A DNA stretch of 64,000 nt from Nageia nagi (taxonomy: Eukaryota; Plantae; Pinophyta). The position numbers and the translations under genes are program-made. Below are positions 48,732-62,675 of the stretch, piece after piece (positions within the stretch are counted from its first letter, which is position 1; the number at the start of each line of letters is the position of its first letter). Location of the stretch: assembly GCA_050084985.1 (NCBI GenBank), contig JBITNC010000001.1:14880001-14944000 (forward strand). Reading direction: 5' to 3'. The notes under the pieces are model-generated. The model was not told the origin of the DNA. It searched no databases and saw nothing but the letters and a program-made list of their open reading frames with translations.

Positions 48732-51700
48732 TGTGACATCCCCCTTGTAGTTTTAGTGGGACTGGTTTGGTCACCTTGTACTATACTTATTTGATGTATT
48801 TGCATGTGCATGGTTGTGACTTAGGATAGGAGACTTAATGGGTCAAGTGGACCCCATTGTGAGCCCTAAGTGGGACGTCCCCCTCCTAAGTAGTAGATTA
48901 GGTATGTATTGCATTGGAGATCCTAGATTATGGGAATCCCAAGGTATTTTTATACATTAGAGTGATGGACAGCCACCAGCATGCTAGCACCACTCTGGGG
49001 AGGGTCCCATACCGCCACGTTGGCTTAGTAGGACTCCAAGACCCCCACGTTGGCACTTTAAGTGCTAGGGACCCCACATTGGCTTATTAAGTGATCATAA
49101 CCCCCACGATGGTGTTATGAATGATCATGACCCCCACCTTGGCATTTTAAGTGATTGGGTCCCCCAAATACCCAACATTGGATTAGATGGGCTTGGGTTG
49201 ACTCCTAGGTGAGATTCGGACACAAGAAATGTATAAATAGGCATTGGAGCTTCATTATTGGACAACCATTATTGATCATTACTTCTACTATAGTCGTTAG
49301 GACAAAAAGTCTTAGCGGTGCTAAGCATTCCATTCCTAGGCGGAGCGTCTAAAGGGTAGTCAAGCGTTGGGAGCTTGATTATCTACGGCATTGGTGGAGC
49401 AACTTTTCCCATCTAATGGCTTTTTGAGGGTTTACTTCTACCGTTCAATCGGTTAGCTAGAGTTCGAGGAGGGCTCCTTCGATGGAGAGGAGTCAAGGTC
49501 TGAGGGGGTGAATCTATCCTGTGGTTCCACAATTGTCCAACATTGAAGATATCAGATTGTTGTGCCCTAGTTGGCTCCATGGAGGCCAACGACAGACCAT
49601 TGGGCTTGGTATTGTATCACATTCATTGTATATCATTCATATACAGCCAGAGGGCTTCAGATGTCATTATTGTGTTGTATTGTCTCATACTTTTGCATGC
49701 GTTGGATCTCATTGATTGTATGTACTTGTATTTATCATTTGATGGCACTTTAATTTATTAGGGTTTGGATTATACATGTATGAGCCAAACTTGGCATTTT
49801 GAGATTGTATTCATTGATATATGCTTACATATGCTAGATGTTGGCATTCTGTGTATCTGAATGTGTAATCTTGATGTCTTAACCCTAACATTGTATACTT
49901 GAGGATTTGTTGTCTTGTGTATGATGCCCTAGACTTGACGTCAGGGTTTGATGATCCTGTATTGCTAGTTTGAGGCGGAATTTAATTTTTGGATCATCAC
50001 AAGTGGTATTAGAGCTTAGATTTGGCCAGCTTGTGTATGAGACCTAGAATCCACGATGGCATCTGCTAGGAAGAGCGGAAGATCTAAGGAGACAATAGAG
50101 AGAGCCATCTAGGATGAGGAGAGACGGCCATGGATGAATGAACCACCGAAGGAGAGGAATTCCGGTGACGGGAGAGAGGCGTAGGAGGTAGACAGAGGAC
50201 TGCTAGGAGGAGCTCCACTCCGGTTCAGGGATCCACTCCTGAACAGAAGTTTGATGAGCTCATTTGGGCCATTCACAATATGACTAGAGTGATGACTTCT
50301 ATGGAGCAGAAAATGACCAGACATTGAGTAGACATTGTGGATCCAGAGAGGCACCAATCACCACCACGGTATGCCAGAGATGATTGGAGAGCACAATGCC
50401 ATGTCCAAGATGAGAGGGAGCACCCACAACTGGCCAGGGATCAAATGGAGCACCCACAATTGGCTAGGGAGGACAGGGAGCATCCATGTCTGGCCAGAGA
50501 TGACTAGGATACCTCACGTCCAGCTAGGGAGGGCAAAGGAGCCCCACGTTTGGCCAAAGGAGATGGAGATGACTAGATTGAGGAGGATCGATCTGATTGG
50601 GAGCACAGCTTGAGGAGATCCAGGAGCTTGAGGGATAGAGAATCCACACACCATGGATCTTTGGGGTAGCCAGAGGCCACTTTCCTAAGATCTCATTCAC
50701 ATAGGGCACCCTAGGATACAAACCCTCCCTAGGGAGGTACTTGGAGGAGGACATTGGTAGAATGGAGGAGCAACTTGTAATTTCGAAGCCGTCCAATCCC
50801 ATGTTTGCACAAAGACAGGGGAGGCTTCGAAGAGTAAGGTGCCTAGTCTAGTGGAGTTGAACCAAATCTTTAGAGAGCATTCCATGTTGGATCTTGGTAT
50901 GGGGAGGGACGTCATCTTCAACGGCTATCTGGAGCTCTTGGGGTTGAAGGGTAGTAGTGCGCATGGCCCACGACATTCAAGGAGCCAATGGAAGGAGAAG
51001 GACCTGCAGCACAATATCATTAAAATGCAGGTTCCCATGTATGACAGAAAGAAGATGACTGCTAGGGCATGGTTGCATCAGTTGTAGACATACTTCACCC
51101 TAAACCCTAGCATGGAGGATGTGATTCATTTCGCATCATTGCGCTTGGAGGGTGATGCCCTAGAGTGGTGGCAACATGGAGTGATCATCTAGGGGTATTC
51201 ACTCATCACCTCATTCGATGAGTTTGCTAGGAGGTTGGTGAAGAGGTTGACCGGAAGAAGGAGAATGATTACTTCCAAGCTTTGACAATGTTGAGGCAGT
51301 CAAGGGCTATGGACGAGTATGTGACGGAGTTTCAAAGGATAGCCTTCATGATTCATCACATTCTAGAGGAGAGATTGGCTTTCCTCTTCATTGAGGGGTT
51401 GACGGAGCCTCTGAGAGGGATGGTCAAGGTGTCCTCTTCTAGAGCCTTGACGATGCTATTTGGGCAGCCTACAACTTGGAGCCCATTGTGAAATCCCTTA
51501 GGGGAGGATCGGTATCGAAGGGATCGGCTAACCGAAAGTCGTTTGTTGAGGGGCCTAGCAAGGCCAAGACATTTCCTCCATCCAAGACAAGATTAGTTGG
51601 ATGCAGCTACACGAGGAAGTTGAGGGAAGAGGGCAAGTGCTTCTATTGTAAGAAGACTTGGGAGCCTAGGCACCATTGTTTGGGGAAGGGACAGGTGCAC

Positions 51701-54312
51701 TACATTGAGGTGTTCTCGGAGGAGGATTCGAAGGATTCAAACTTGGAGTTGGGAGCTGATGTTGAGGACTTAGGGTCACCACGAGTTGAGGGTACACATG
51801 GGAGCATGATCTCTTCACTCCATCGAGTGAAGAAGTACCTGACTCTAAAGATTGTGGTACAGGCAGGTGGATAGGATGTGATGGTGCTGATAGATCCTGG
51901 AGCATTCCACAACTTCATGGATGCCGGCTTTGCAGAATGAAAGAACTTGAAGATCAAGGCATTTGAGGGGTTTCGAGTTTCCAATGCCAACGAGAACTCA
52001 CCTTGGTCGACCACATTGTTGAGCGGATTGGAGTGAGATTGCAGAGCTGTGTAGTGAGGGAGGATTTCTACATCTACCCCTTGAAGGGGTACCCTCACAT
52101 CATTCTGGGAGTTCAGTGGTTGTTTGACTTAGGGGATATTCATACCAACTATCAGAAGGTCGCTATGAGTTTCGAAAGAGATGGTAAGACACACATACTA
52201 TAGGGTATCAGGGATGATGTCCATAGGTGGACAAAAAGCGTCTAGAGGGATTGAGTGGTGTCAGTAGAAGGAGGCTGAAGGAGAATCCACATTGCATCCT
52301 GAGGAGCCGAGAGGGGCCACATTGGGTCATGGAGGAGCTAGGATCTTGACATTGAGCACATAGGAGCATTTTCACCCCACATTGGGCACACTGGAGGTCT
52401 GCAAGCCCACGTTGGGCATTCAAGTGCCTTACCCAACCATGTTGAGCATCTAGGAGGCATGTCATGTCACATTGAGCTACTAGGAGGATTAGAGCCCCAC
52501 ATTGAGGATTAGGGAGGCCAGGGTTGCTGTTGAGAGGTGTCATGGTGATGGGCACCCCATTTTGAGGTTTGAGGAGACTAGGATTGTTGATTGGAGGTAC
52601 CATGATGGTGGGCACCCATCATTGAGCTTGATGGAGGCTGCATTCCCCTCATGTTGGTTTCAAGAGCTGAGGATGAGGTGGTTTCTTGCCTCACAGTGGC
52701 CATGAGGAGTTTGGGAGTTTTTGAGCAGAGTTTGGGGGAGACACTACTGTCTGAGTGGAGCTTAGGCTTTACTTGTTTTTCACTGACCATTATCTTTCCC
52801 AAGTTTTTGTAGGTACAGTTTAGCCTTGGTGTGCATGCACTTCCATGGCTATGGAGGATCATCATTGAGCATCTATTGAGAAGTGGCAACTATAGCAAAC
52901 CAGAGAGTTTGCCACTTGTATTGAGACAAGAGCATGGAGCTCCAACCGTCCACTCCTCACCACCATCTAGCATGGTGCATATTGAAGTTGCATTCCGCCA
53001 CCATGTGCTTCGGTTGACAATTTCAGAGGATGCATGAGAGACTGGATACTGTGATCTACGATTTCTTGAGGACAAGCAATTCGAGAGGGGAGGCTTTATG
53101 ATGTCCCCCTTGTATGGTCACCTTGTACTATACTTATTTGATGTCTTTGCATGTGCATTGTTGTGACTTAGGATAAGAAACTTAATGGGTCAAGTGGACC
53201 CTACCGTGAGCCCCAAGTGGGACGTCTCCCTCCTAAGTAGTAGATTAGGTATGTATTGCATTGGAGATCCCGAATTGTGGGAATCCCAAGGTATATTTAT
53301 ACATAGAGTAATGGACGGCCACCAGCATGCTAGCACCACACTCCGGAGGGCCCCATACCCCAATGTGGCACTTTAAGTGCTAGGGACCCCACATTGGCTT
53401 ATTAAGTGATCATAACTCCCATGATGGCATTATGAGTGATCATGACCCCCACGTCGGCACTTTAAGTGATTGGGCTCCCCAAATACCCAACGTTGGATTA
53501 GATGGGCTTGGGATGACTCCTAGGTGAGATTCGAACACAAGAAATGTATAAATAGGCATTGGAGCTTCATTACTAGACAACCATTATTGATCATTACTTT
53601 TACTATAGTCCTTCGGACACAAAGTCTTAGCAGTGCTAAGCATTCCATTCCTAGGCGAGCGTCTAGAGGGTAGGTAGGTGTTGGGATCCTGATTATCTAC
53701 GACATTGGTGGAGCACCTTTGCCCATCTTGTGGCATTTCAAGGGTTTACTTCTACCGTTCAGTAGGTTAGCTAGAGTTAGAGGAGGGCTCCTTCAGTGGA
53801 GAGGATACGAGGTTTGAGGGGTTGAATCTATCCCGTGGTTCCATAGTTGTCTAGCACTGAAGATATCAGGTTGTTGTGCCCTAGTTGGTCCTTGGAGGCC
53901 AACAACTGCCCATTGGGCTTGGTATTGTATCACATTCATCTCTATCATTCATACACAACCAGAGGGCTTCGGATCTTATTATTGTGTTGTATTGTCTCAT
54001 ACTTGTGCATGCTTGGATCTCATTGATTGTATGTACTTGTATTTATCATTTGATGGCACTTTAATGTATTAGGGTTTGGATTATACATGTATGAGCCAAA
54101 CATTGGCATTTTGAGATTGTATTCATTGATGTATGCTTGCATATGCTAGACGTTGGCACTTTGGGTATTTGAATGTGTAATCTTGATGTCTCAACCCTAA
54201 CATTGCATGCTTGAGGGTTTGTTGTCTTGTGTATGATTCCCTTGACCTGACATCAGGGTTTGATGATCTTGTATTGCTAGTTTGAGGTGGAATTTAAATT
54301 TTGGATCATCAC
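48732..54312 (+). mobile_element. Non-autonomous gypsy family B nested in the protease of family A copy 1
   Basis: LTRs 48732-50001 and 53097-54312; PBS TGGTATTAGAGC at 50004; PPT GAGAGGGGAGG; imperfect TSD (A)GAGA. The empty site is seen in copy 2 at ~58680. gag and PR only. Confidence 0.92.
52270..52760 (+). repeat. Degenerate 30-bp tandem array replacing pol in family B
   Basis: ccacattg/ccacgttg/ccatgttg cores recur every ~30 bp. Confidence 0.8.
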
Positions 54313-54569
54313 GAGATTTGGGGTGAGGTTGTAGAGTTACACGGTGAAAGGATTTCTATGTCTATCCTTGAAGGGACATCCTCACATCATTCTAGGCATA
54401 CAGTGGCTGTTTGAGTTGGGTGACATTTGCACCAACTATCAGAAGCTCACCATGAGCTTCGATATTGATGGTAAGACCCACACATTGCAGGTAATTCAGG
54501 ATGATTTCCCACAGGTCGCCAACAAAAGATTAGAGATGATTGAGTGGTGTAAGAAAAAGGAGGAAGAAT

Positions 54570-55170
54570 ATGAGTCCACATTAAACATGGAAGAGCCTTG
54601 GTATGAGGCAAGAAGTGATGAGGAGCTCCCATACCTCACGTTGGACATGGAGGAGCTTCTACCCCTCACATGGGACATTAAGGAGGCTTGCTACCTAACG
54701 TTAGGCTTGGAGGGGCTCTTGCACCCATCTTTGGACTTGGGGGAGCTTCTACACCTCACGTGGGAGACTAAGGGGCTTTGGTACCTGATGATGAAGCATG
54801 GAGGGACTCTTGCACCTTACATTGAGCTTTGGAGAGGCCTAGGCACCCAACGATTGGCATGGTGGAGTTCTCGCATTCCATGTTGGACCTGGATAGGCTT
54901 GGGCACCTAATGTTGGGCATGGAAGAGTCATGGCATCCCTCGTTGAGCATGGAGAGGCTACAACGCCCCCCGATGGGCTTGAACGATAGTTTGGTACCCC
55001 GTGTTGGAGATTAGGGAGGATTGGGACTCTACAACGCCCCCTAATGGGTTTGAAGATAGTTTGGCACCCCATGTTGGAGATTAGGGAGGATTGGGACTCC
55101 ACGTTGGTAGCTGGGAGAGTTTGGGATCCAACGTTGAGCTTGGGGGAGGCTTGGCCACAGCCATGGAGCA
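54570..55170 (+). repeat. Degenerate 30-bp (10-codon) tandem array replacing pol in family A copy 1, including a ~70-bp local duplication
   Basis: LTLDMEELLP / LTLGLEGLLH / PSLDLGELLH periodicity; 54960-55030 is duplicated at 55031-55100. Confidence 0.85.
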
Positions 55171-58100
55171 AAGGCTCCACCTGTTTGTACTCATGCTTGA
55201 TTTACTTGATTTTTTGCAGGTACATCTTTCAGGAGGCTTCCATATGCACACAACTACAACTAGATACCCAACATGGATGGATGCATCAACATCTCTGCAT
55301 ACACTCCCATGTTTTCTGAGGATGATGGCACCAAAATGCTTGTAGACATTTTGGCACTTGATGTGGGGTGACAACAGCAACATATCAAAATTTTTGCATG
55401 CAATGTTGAAATATGTGGAGGCAGCTTCAACGTTTCATACAAGACCTTCACCATGGAGGAGACTTATTGATGTTGCATTCCACTCCAGTAGATTGCAATC
55501 AACAAGGCTGAAGGATTCTTGAAGGACAATATGCTGCAACATTCTACCATTGCTTGAGGGCAAGCAATTCAAGAGGGGAGGCTTTGTGATGTCCCCCTTT
55601 GATTAATGTAATTAATTCTGGAATCCAATGGATTTCCTCTTTGTATATGTTTAATTATTTAATTGTGCTTTATTAGTTAGGACTTGGGATAGAAGATATA
55701 AAGGTCCGTTGGACCCCATTGTGAGCTTCAAGTGGGACATCTTCCTCCCAAGTGTAGTTTAGTGTGATTTAATGTGCTTGGAGATCTCGAAAAGTGATTG
55801 TGGGAATCCCAAGGTTTATGTAGCACTTAGAGCATAAATAGTCACCTATTGGCCCCAACGTTAAGATTGGGAGTACTTGTACATATGTGCCAACCTTGGG
55901 TAGACTCCTAGACCCCCATGTTGCCCAATGACACCCATGCATGCCTCCTAGGTACCCATGAATGCCTCCTTGACCCACGCATGCCCTCTAAGGTCCACAT
56001 TAAGCATGAGGACCCATGTAGAGCATAAGGGAGGCCCAGATACCCACATTGGGCCTAGAATGACCCCTAGGTGCCATCGTTGGGGTTTAAGGGGTTGGGT
56101 GATGACTTTGAGGTGAGATCCAGATCCAGATCCAGTGTGAGCTATATTAGGCCTTGGAGCATCATTGTTGGACACGTAGATTTGATATTATTACTCATAC
56201 CATCCAGTGGACACCAGTTTTGGTGCAGCTTCAAGCACATCCCTAGGTGCAACATCTAGGAGGGTTAACAGGCTAAGGGATCCTATTGATCTACGTCTAA
56301 GGTGTAGCATCTTAGTCCATCTGATGGCATTTCGAGGTCGCATTCCTACCATTCAATTGGTTCCTAGGTTTTGGAGAGAGCTTCTTCGATGGAGAGGATT
56401 CAAATTCTGAGGGAGTGAGGTTGTTCCATTAGTGTTCCATCTATCCAACATTGATCATACTCGTTGTGCCCTAGTTGGCTCCTTGGAGGCCAACATTGAG
56501 CCCTATGGGCCTAGTATTGTATCATTGTTCATTCTGTATCATTAATACAAGTCATGGGCATTTGGATCTCATATTCTATTGTGTACTTGTCCATATTTGC
56601 AACATTGTGGTGTGTATGTCCATTAATGCATGTATGAGTCAGATGTTTGCATTTGTATGTTGATTAAGCTTGTATTTGGTACCCTAGCCCTAACATTGGC
56701 ATATTGAGATGTTTGATGCTTGTAATTGCCCTTCTAGGCCAAACGTGGGTATTGGTTTGATTGAATTTACTTAATTGCATTTGAAATTGTGATTGAGAAT
56801 CTACATTGGTATCGGAGCTTGTATCTTGCCAACCTATGAATGAAACTTGCAGTTCACAACTACTACACCATATCTAGCATTAGAAGAGAGATGGCTTTAA
56901 CAAAGAAGAGTGGGAAGACAACATGAAGAAACCCCCTCTAAAGCCGCCCATGATGAGGATCGACAGCCTTGGATGAATGACGTCCTTGATGAGGACAATC
57001 TTGGTGAGGAGAATGATGCAGATCCACATCAGCCAGGAGGAGCCCTGCTTCGACTAGAGAGTCCGCACTAGAAAGAAGGTTTAATGAGCTCATCTTGACC
57101 ATCCACAATATGACAGGATTCATAACCACCATGCAGAAGTAGATGAATGGCGTTAACAAATTCATCGAAGGTCAAGAAATACCAAAGAGGCATGTGAGTC
57201 CCCCACATTTTATGTCAAATGAAGAAGAAGAGGCACGGTAGGATAGGATGGAGAGAGTGCCGAGCTTGAGGAGATCCGCAGTCTAAGGGATAGAGGATCG
57301 AGCCATCACGAAACCAAGGGCCGTCCAAAACCCACGTTTTTGAGGTCTCATTTTCATAGAGCTCCATAGGGAACTAACTCTCTCCTAGGGAGATTCCTAG
57401 ATGAGGACGTTGGGAAGATAGGGGAGCAGACCATAATTCTCAAACCATCCAAGCCCATGTTTGACAAGCAGTCTACAGATGAAGCAAAGAATTGGCTCCC
57501 TGATCCTCTGGAGTTGAAGCAAGTTTTTAGAGTACTCCATGTGGGATCCAAGTTTGAGGAGAAATATGAACTTCAAGGGCTACTTGGAGATTTCGGGGCT
57601 GAAAGGAGGTAGCTCTCACAGCACACGATCCCAAAGCAACTCGTGGGGTGAGAAGAGGGATCTGCAGCAAAAATCAACAAGATGCAAGTACCCTTATATG
57701 ACGGCAAGAGGATGACGGCTAGTGCTGGCTACATCAACTACAAACCTACTTCACCTTGAGTCCGAACATGGTAGAGGAGGATGCCATTCATTTTGCATTA
57801 CTGCACTTTGAGGGTGATGCCCTCAAATGGTGGAAGCATGGAGTGATCAGCTAGGATTACTCTCACATCACCTCTTTCAATGAGTTTGCCCAAAGATTGG
57901 TAAAGAGGTTTGATCGGAAAAAGGAGAATGATTATTTCAAGGAATTGACATCTCTGAAACAACAGGGTGCGATAGATGAGTATGTGTTCAAGTTTCAGAA
58001 GGTTGCAGTTATGATTCACAACATTCCTGAGGAGAGATTGACATTCCTTTTCATAGAAGGATTGATGGAGCCATTGCAGAGAATGGTCAAGGTATCTACA

Positions 58101-58944
58101 CCAAGAACCCTTGATGATGCCATTAGAGCTGCATATGACTTGAGCTCGCCATGAAATCTCTCAAAGGAGGGTAGATGTACAAGGGGTAGGCCATTCGGAA
58201 GACGTTTGCAGAAAAAGAGGGGCCTAGCAAGTCCAGACCTTTTCCCTCACCTCTAACAAGCCAATTGGATGTAGCCACCCAAAGAAAGTTGAGAGAAGAG
58301 GTAAGTGCTTCTGCAAGAAGACATGGGAGCTAGGACATTGTTGTCAAGGCAAAGGGTAGGTGCATTACATTGAGGTGTTTTCAGATGAGGAGGACAATTT
58401 AGATTTGGACCTTGGTATGGACATGCTGGACACGGAGGCACCTAAGGTAGAAGGCTCATTGGGGAGCATGATTGCTTCACTCCATGGGGTGAAGTACCTC
58501 ACACTAAAGGTAGTTGGGCAAGCAGGTGGTCAAGATGTAATGGTCTTAATTGATCTTGGACCATCTCACAACTTCATTGATGAGGGCTTTGCAGAGAAAA
58601 AGGGCCTCAAGACCAAGGGGTTCGAGGGTTTCAAAGTTTCCAACGCCAATGGGAAACTCTTTTTGGTGGAACAAATCGTGGAGAGATTTGGGGTGAGGTT
58701 GCAAAGTTACACGGTGAGAGGATTTCTATATCTATCCTCTGAAGGGACATCCTCACATCATTCTAGGCGTACAACAGTTGTTTGAGTTGGGTGACATTTG
58801 CACCAACTACCAGAAGCTCACCATGAGCTTCGATATTGATGGTAAGACCCACACATTGCAGGGAATTCAAGATGATTGCCCATAGGTTGCCAAAAAAAGA
58901 TTAGAGGTGATTGAGTGGTGTTAGAAAAAGGAGGAGGAAGAAGA

Positions 58945-59465
58945 TGAGTCCACGTTGAACATGGAAGAGCCTTGGTACGAGGCAAGAAGCAATGAGGAGC
59001 TCCCATACCCGTTGGACATGGAGGATTTTCTACCCTTCACATGGGACATTGAGGAGGCTTGCTACATAACGTTGGGCTTGGAGGGGCTCTTGCACCCCAC
59101 TTTGGACTTGGGGGAGCTTATGCACCTCACATGGGAGACTGAAGGGCTTTAGTACCTGATGATGAGCATGGAGGGACTCTTGCACCTTATGTTGAGCTTG
59201 GAAAGGCCTAGGCATCCTACGATTGACATGATGGAGTTCTCGCATTCCATGTTGGACCTGGATAGGCTTGGGCACCTGACGTTGGGCATGGAGGAGTCAT
59301 GGCATCCCTCGTTAAGCATGGAGAGGCTACAACGCCCCTCGATGGGCTTGAAGACAATTTGGTACCCCATGTTGGAGATCAGGGAGGATTGGGACTCCAC
59401 GTTGGCAACTGGGAGAGTTTGGGATCCAATGTTGAGCTTGAGGGAGGCTTGGCCAGAGCCATGGA
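58945..59465 (+). repeat. Degenerate 30-bp tandem array in family A copy 2
   Basis: Same units as 54570-55170 but without the local duplication. Confidence 0.85.
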
Positions 59466-61648
59466 GCAGAGGCTCCACATGTTTTTGCTCATGATTGATT
59501 TACTTGATTTTTTGCAGGTACATCTTTCAGGAGAGCTTCCATATGCACACTACTACAACTAGATGCCTAGCATGGATGGATGCATCAACATCTCTGCATA
59601 CACTCCCATGTTTTTTGAGGATGATGGCACCAAAATGCTTGTAGACATTTTGGCACTTGATGTGGGGTGACAGTAGCAACATATCAAAATTTTTGCATGC
59701 AATGTTCATATATGAAAAAACAGCTTCAACGTTTCAGACAAGACCTTCACCATGGAGGAGACTTATTGAAGTTTCATTCCACTCCAACAAATTGCAATCA
59801 ACAAGGCTGAAGGATTCTTGGAGGACAATATGCTGCAACATTCTACCATTGCTTGAGGGCAAGCAATTCAAGAGGGGAGGCTTTGTGATGTCCCCCTTTG
59901 ATTAATGTAACTAATTCTGGAATCCAATGGATTCCCTCTTTGTATATATTTAATTATTTAATTGTGCTTTATTAGTTAGTACTTAGGATAGAAGATATAA
60001 AGGTCCATTGGACCCCATTGTGAGCCCCAAGTGGGACGTCTCCCTTCCAAGTGTAGTTTAGTGTGATTTAATGTACTTGGAGATCCCGAAAAGTGATTGT
60101 GGAAATCCCAAGGCTTATTTAGCACTTAGAGCATGGATAGTCACCTATTGGCCTCAACGTTGAGATTGGGAGTACTTGTACACATGCGCCAACCTTGGGT
60201 AGACTCCTAGATCCCCATGTTGCCCCATGACACCCATGCATGCCTCCTAGGTACCCACAAATGCCTCCTTGACCCACGCATGCCCTCTAAGGTCCACATT
60301 GAGCATGAGGAACCATGTGGAGCGTAAGATAGGCCCAAATACCCATGTTGGGCCTAGAATGACCCCTAGGTGCCATTGTTTGGGTTTGAGGGGTTGGGTG
60401 ATGACTTTGAGATGAGATCCAAATCCAGTGTGAGCTATATTAGGCCTTGGAGCATCATTGCTGGATACACAGATTTGATATTATTACTCATACCATCCAA
60501 TGGACACCAGTCTTGGCGCACCATAAAGCACATCCCTAGGTGCAACATCTAGGAGGGTTAATAGGCTGAGGGATCGTATTGATCTACGACTAAGGTGCAA
60601 CATCTTAGTTCATCCGATGGCATTCCGAGGTTGCATTCCTACCATTCTATTGGTTCCTAGGATTTGAAGAGAGCTCCTTCAATGGAGAGGATTCAAATTC
60701 TAAGGGAGTGAGGTTGTCCCATTCAGTGTTCCATCCATCTAGCATTGATCATACTCGTTGTGCCCTAGTTGGCTCCTTGGAGGCTAACATTGAGCCCTGT
60801 GGGTATTGTATCATTAATACAAGTCATAAGCATCTGGATCTCATTATCTATTGTGTACTTGTCCATATTTGCAATGTTGTGGTGTATTTGTTCATTAATG
60901 CATGTATGAGTCAGACATGACCTAACCCTAATGTTGGCATATTCAGGTGTTTGATGCTTGTAATTGCCATTCTAGGGCAGACGTGGGTATTGGTTTGATT
61001 GAATTCACTTAATTGCATTTGAAATAGTGATTGGGATTCTACAGTTAATGACACAAGGACATGACTTGGTGACAACTTGTGACCGGTTCTGTAAATTAAA
61101 TGGAAAGAACTATGGTGTTGTGAGCATCCTAATACTTTTGTGGCAAGAAATATGTTGAAGGAAGTTCGACATTTATGAAGTCTACTTACTCTAGGCACCA
61201 TGGGTCAGAACCCAAGGTCTTCTTTTTATGCAAGACAGATCATGGATATTTTTAGGTTTCAATTGTTGTTGCACTGAATAGATGTAAAACATCAATCACT
61301 ATTCTATTTTTCTAAAGAATCAAAATACTATAGGGCATTATCAGTTGCTCTAATTTCAGAAATTATTTTGGTGTGTATTTGTTGATTTCGATAATTATAT
61401 AGAGTTTATTAAGTACATATATTAAAGTGGAAGCAACAAATTTAGGAAATGACACATTCTATTGAGAGATTCAAAATTCTCATGAATTCTTCAACATTTA
61501 GTGGCAGACAACAAGGAGTGGAATAATCTTTTATGTTTTGTCCTGCTCAGAGCCATCTGAAGAAATCTTTTTGCTAATTGTGCAAATGACATTGTAGCTA
61601 GTACATGTCACCATAACTATATCATTAAAGGTATTAGCAAAACGTAAG

Positions 61649-62675
61649 CAATGTTATACGGGATGCGTTCCCCTTGTGAAGGTCGTTTCCTGTCTTCGGA
61701 ATCCTCGAAATGGGTAAGCGGCTAAGGGGACATTTCCCTAACCATCCCCTTTTGGGGGACCTGTTGGGGGCCGTCCCCAAGATCTCCAGCCAAAATTGGA
61801 GACATTTTTGGCAGGATTGTCATCTTTGGGGCACTTCCATGACGACTCCAAAGACGACTAGCTGTCCCCGAAGTGGCTGAGGTTCGTACCTAGCTAAAAA
61901 AACAGTCAAAATTTTGCTTTAATTTTGAAAAGTAAGGGAGTAGTAGGCTCCACCAGGTTGTACGATTTGGGTCAGGTTCAGGGGCTCTGCCCTTAAACTC
62001 GTAAGCAACAAGGGGGATGCACATGACAAGGGACCGTCTTACACTGTACCATCATGCACCACTATGCTGAATAACATTGGAGATCTGGATATTGAATTCA
62101 CCTCCTAACAAGTTCTCGCACATGAATCACACCCATAGTTTGATTTGGGCCTTGGCCTTTTGCCATTTTGGTATTGTCATGACTGTCATAGTATTATTAT
62201 GTATTTGTTTATGCCATGAGACCTATGACCTATAACTTATCAATGGTGATGAGATTGTCATGACTGTCATAGTATTATTATGTATTTGTTTATGCCATGA
62301 GACCTATGACTTATGAATTGTGATAAGATTTTAGATTGCATTTGGCATTTCATGTTTTAATTTATTTATATTATTTAAGTTTTTAATTTTACGCTTTAGT
62401 ACGATGAATGAGAATGTCAATCAGTTGTATTTAATAAGTTAATATTTAATAGTTAATTATGATAAAAATTGTTATTTAAATGGCTTAAGTTTTAAATTTT
62501 AGCTTTATATTTTGAATTTTCTGTATCTTTACTATATTATTATATATGTATGTATGTATGCTACTTCCCCTTTTTGTCCCCCCGGCATTTCCTAAAAATG
62601 GGTCTGCCATATCCGTCCCCAAAACTCATCCCCTGTCTCCTGCCGTCCCTGTTTCTGAGACTCCATGTAACCTTG
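61649..62675. mobile_element. hAT-like non-autonomous DNA transposon (MITE)
   Basis: Imperfect TIRs CAATGTTATACGG / CCATGTAACCTTG; many subterminal CCGTCCCC/GGGGAC motifs at both ends; decayed 8-bp TSD AACGTAAG/AAAATGAG (5/8). Confidence 0.7.
62173..62310 (+). repeat. Perfect 57-bp direct repeat inside the MITE
   Basis: 62173-62229 equals 62254-62310. Confidence 0.95.

Larger units (their letters stand above)
45639..61043 (+). mobile_element. Non-autonomous gypsy family A as a three-LTR tandem (LTR-int-LTR-int-LTR)
   Basis: LTRs 45639-46830, 55585-56805 and 59884-61043. iMet PBS TGGTATC(A/G)GAGC after LTR1 and LTR2; PPT AAGAGGGGAGG before LTR2 and LTR3. Outer TSD GTTAG/GTTAA. Internal regions have gag (LHFEGDALEWW) and PR (VLIDLG.SHNFI) but no RT/RH/INT. 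Confidence 0.93.

Noticed and set aside
49521-61201. Many short ORFs within the LTRs of families A and B
   Set aside because: They lie in LTRs and their frames are not consistently preserved among LTR copies
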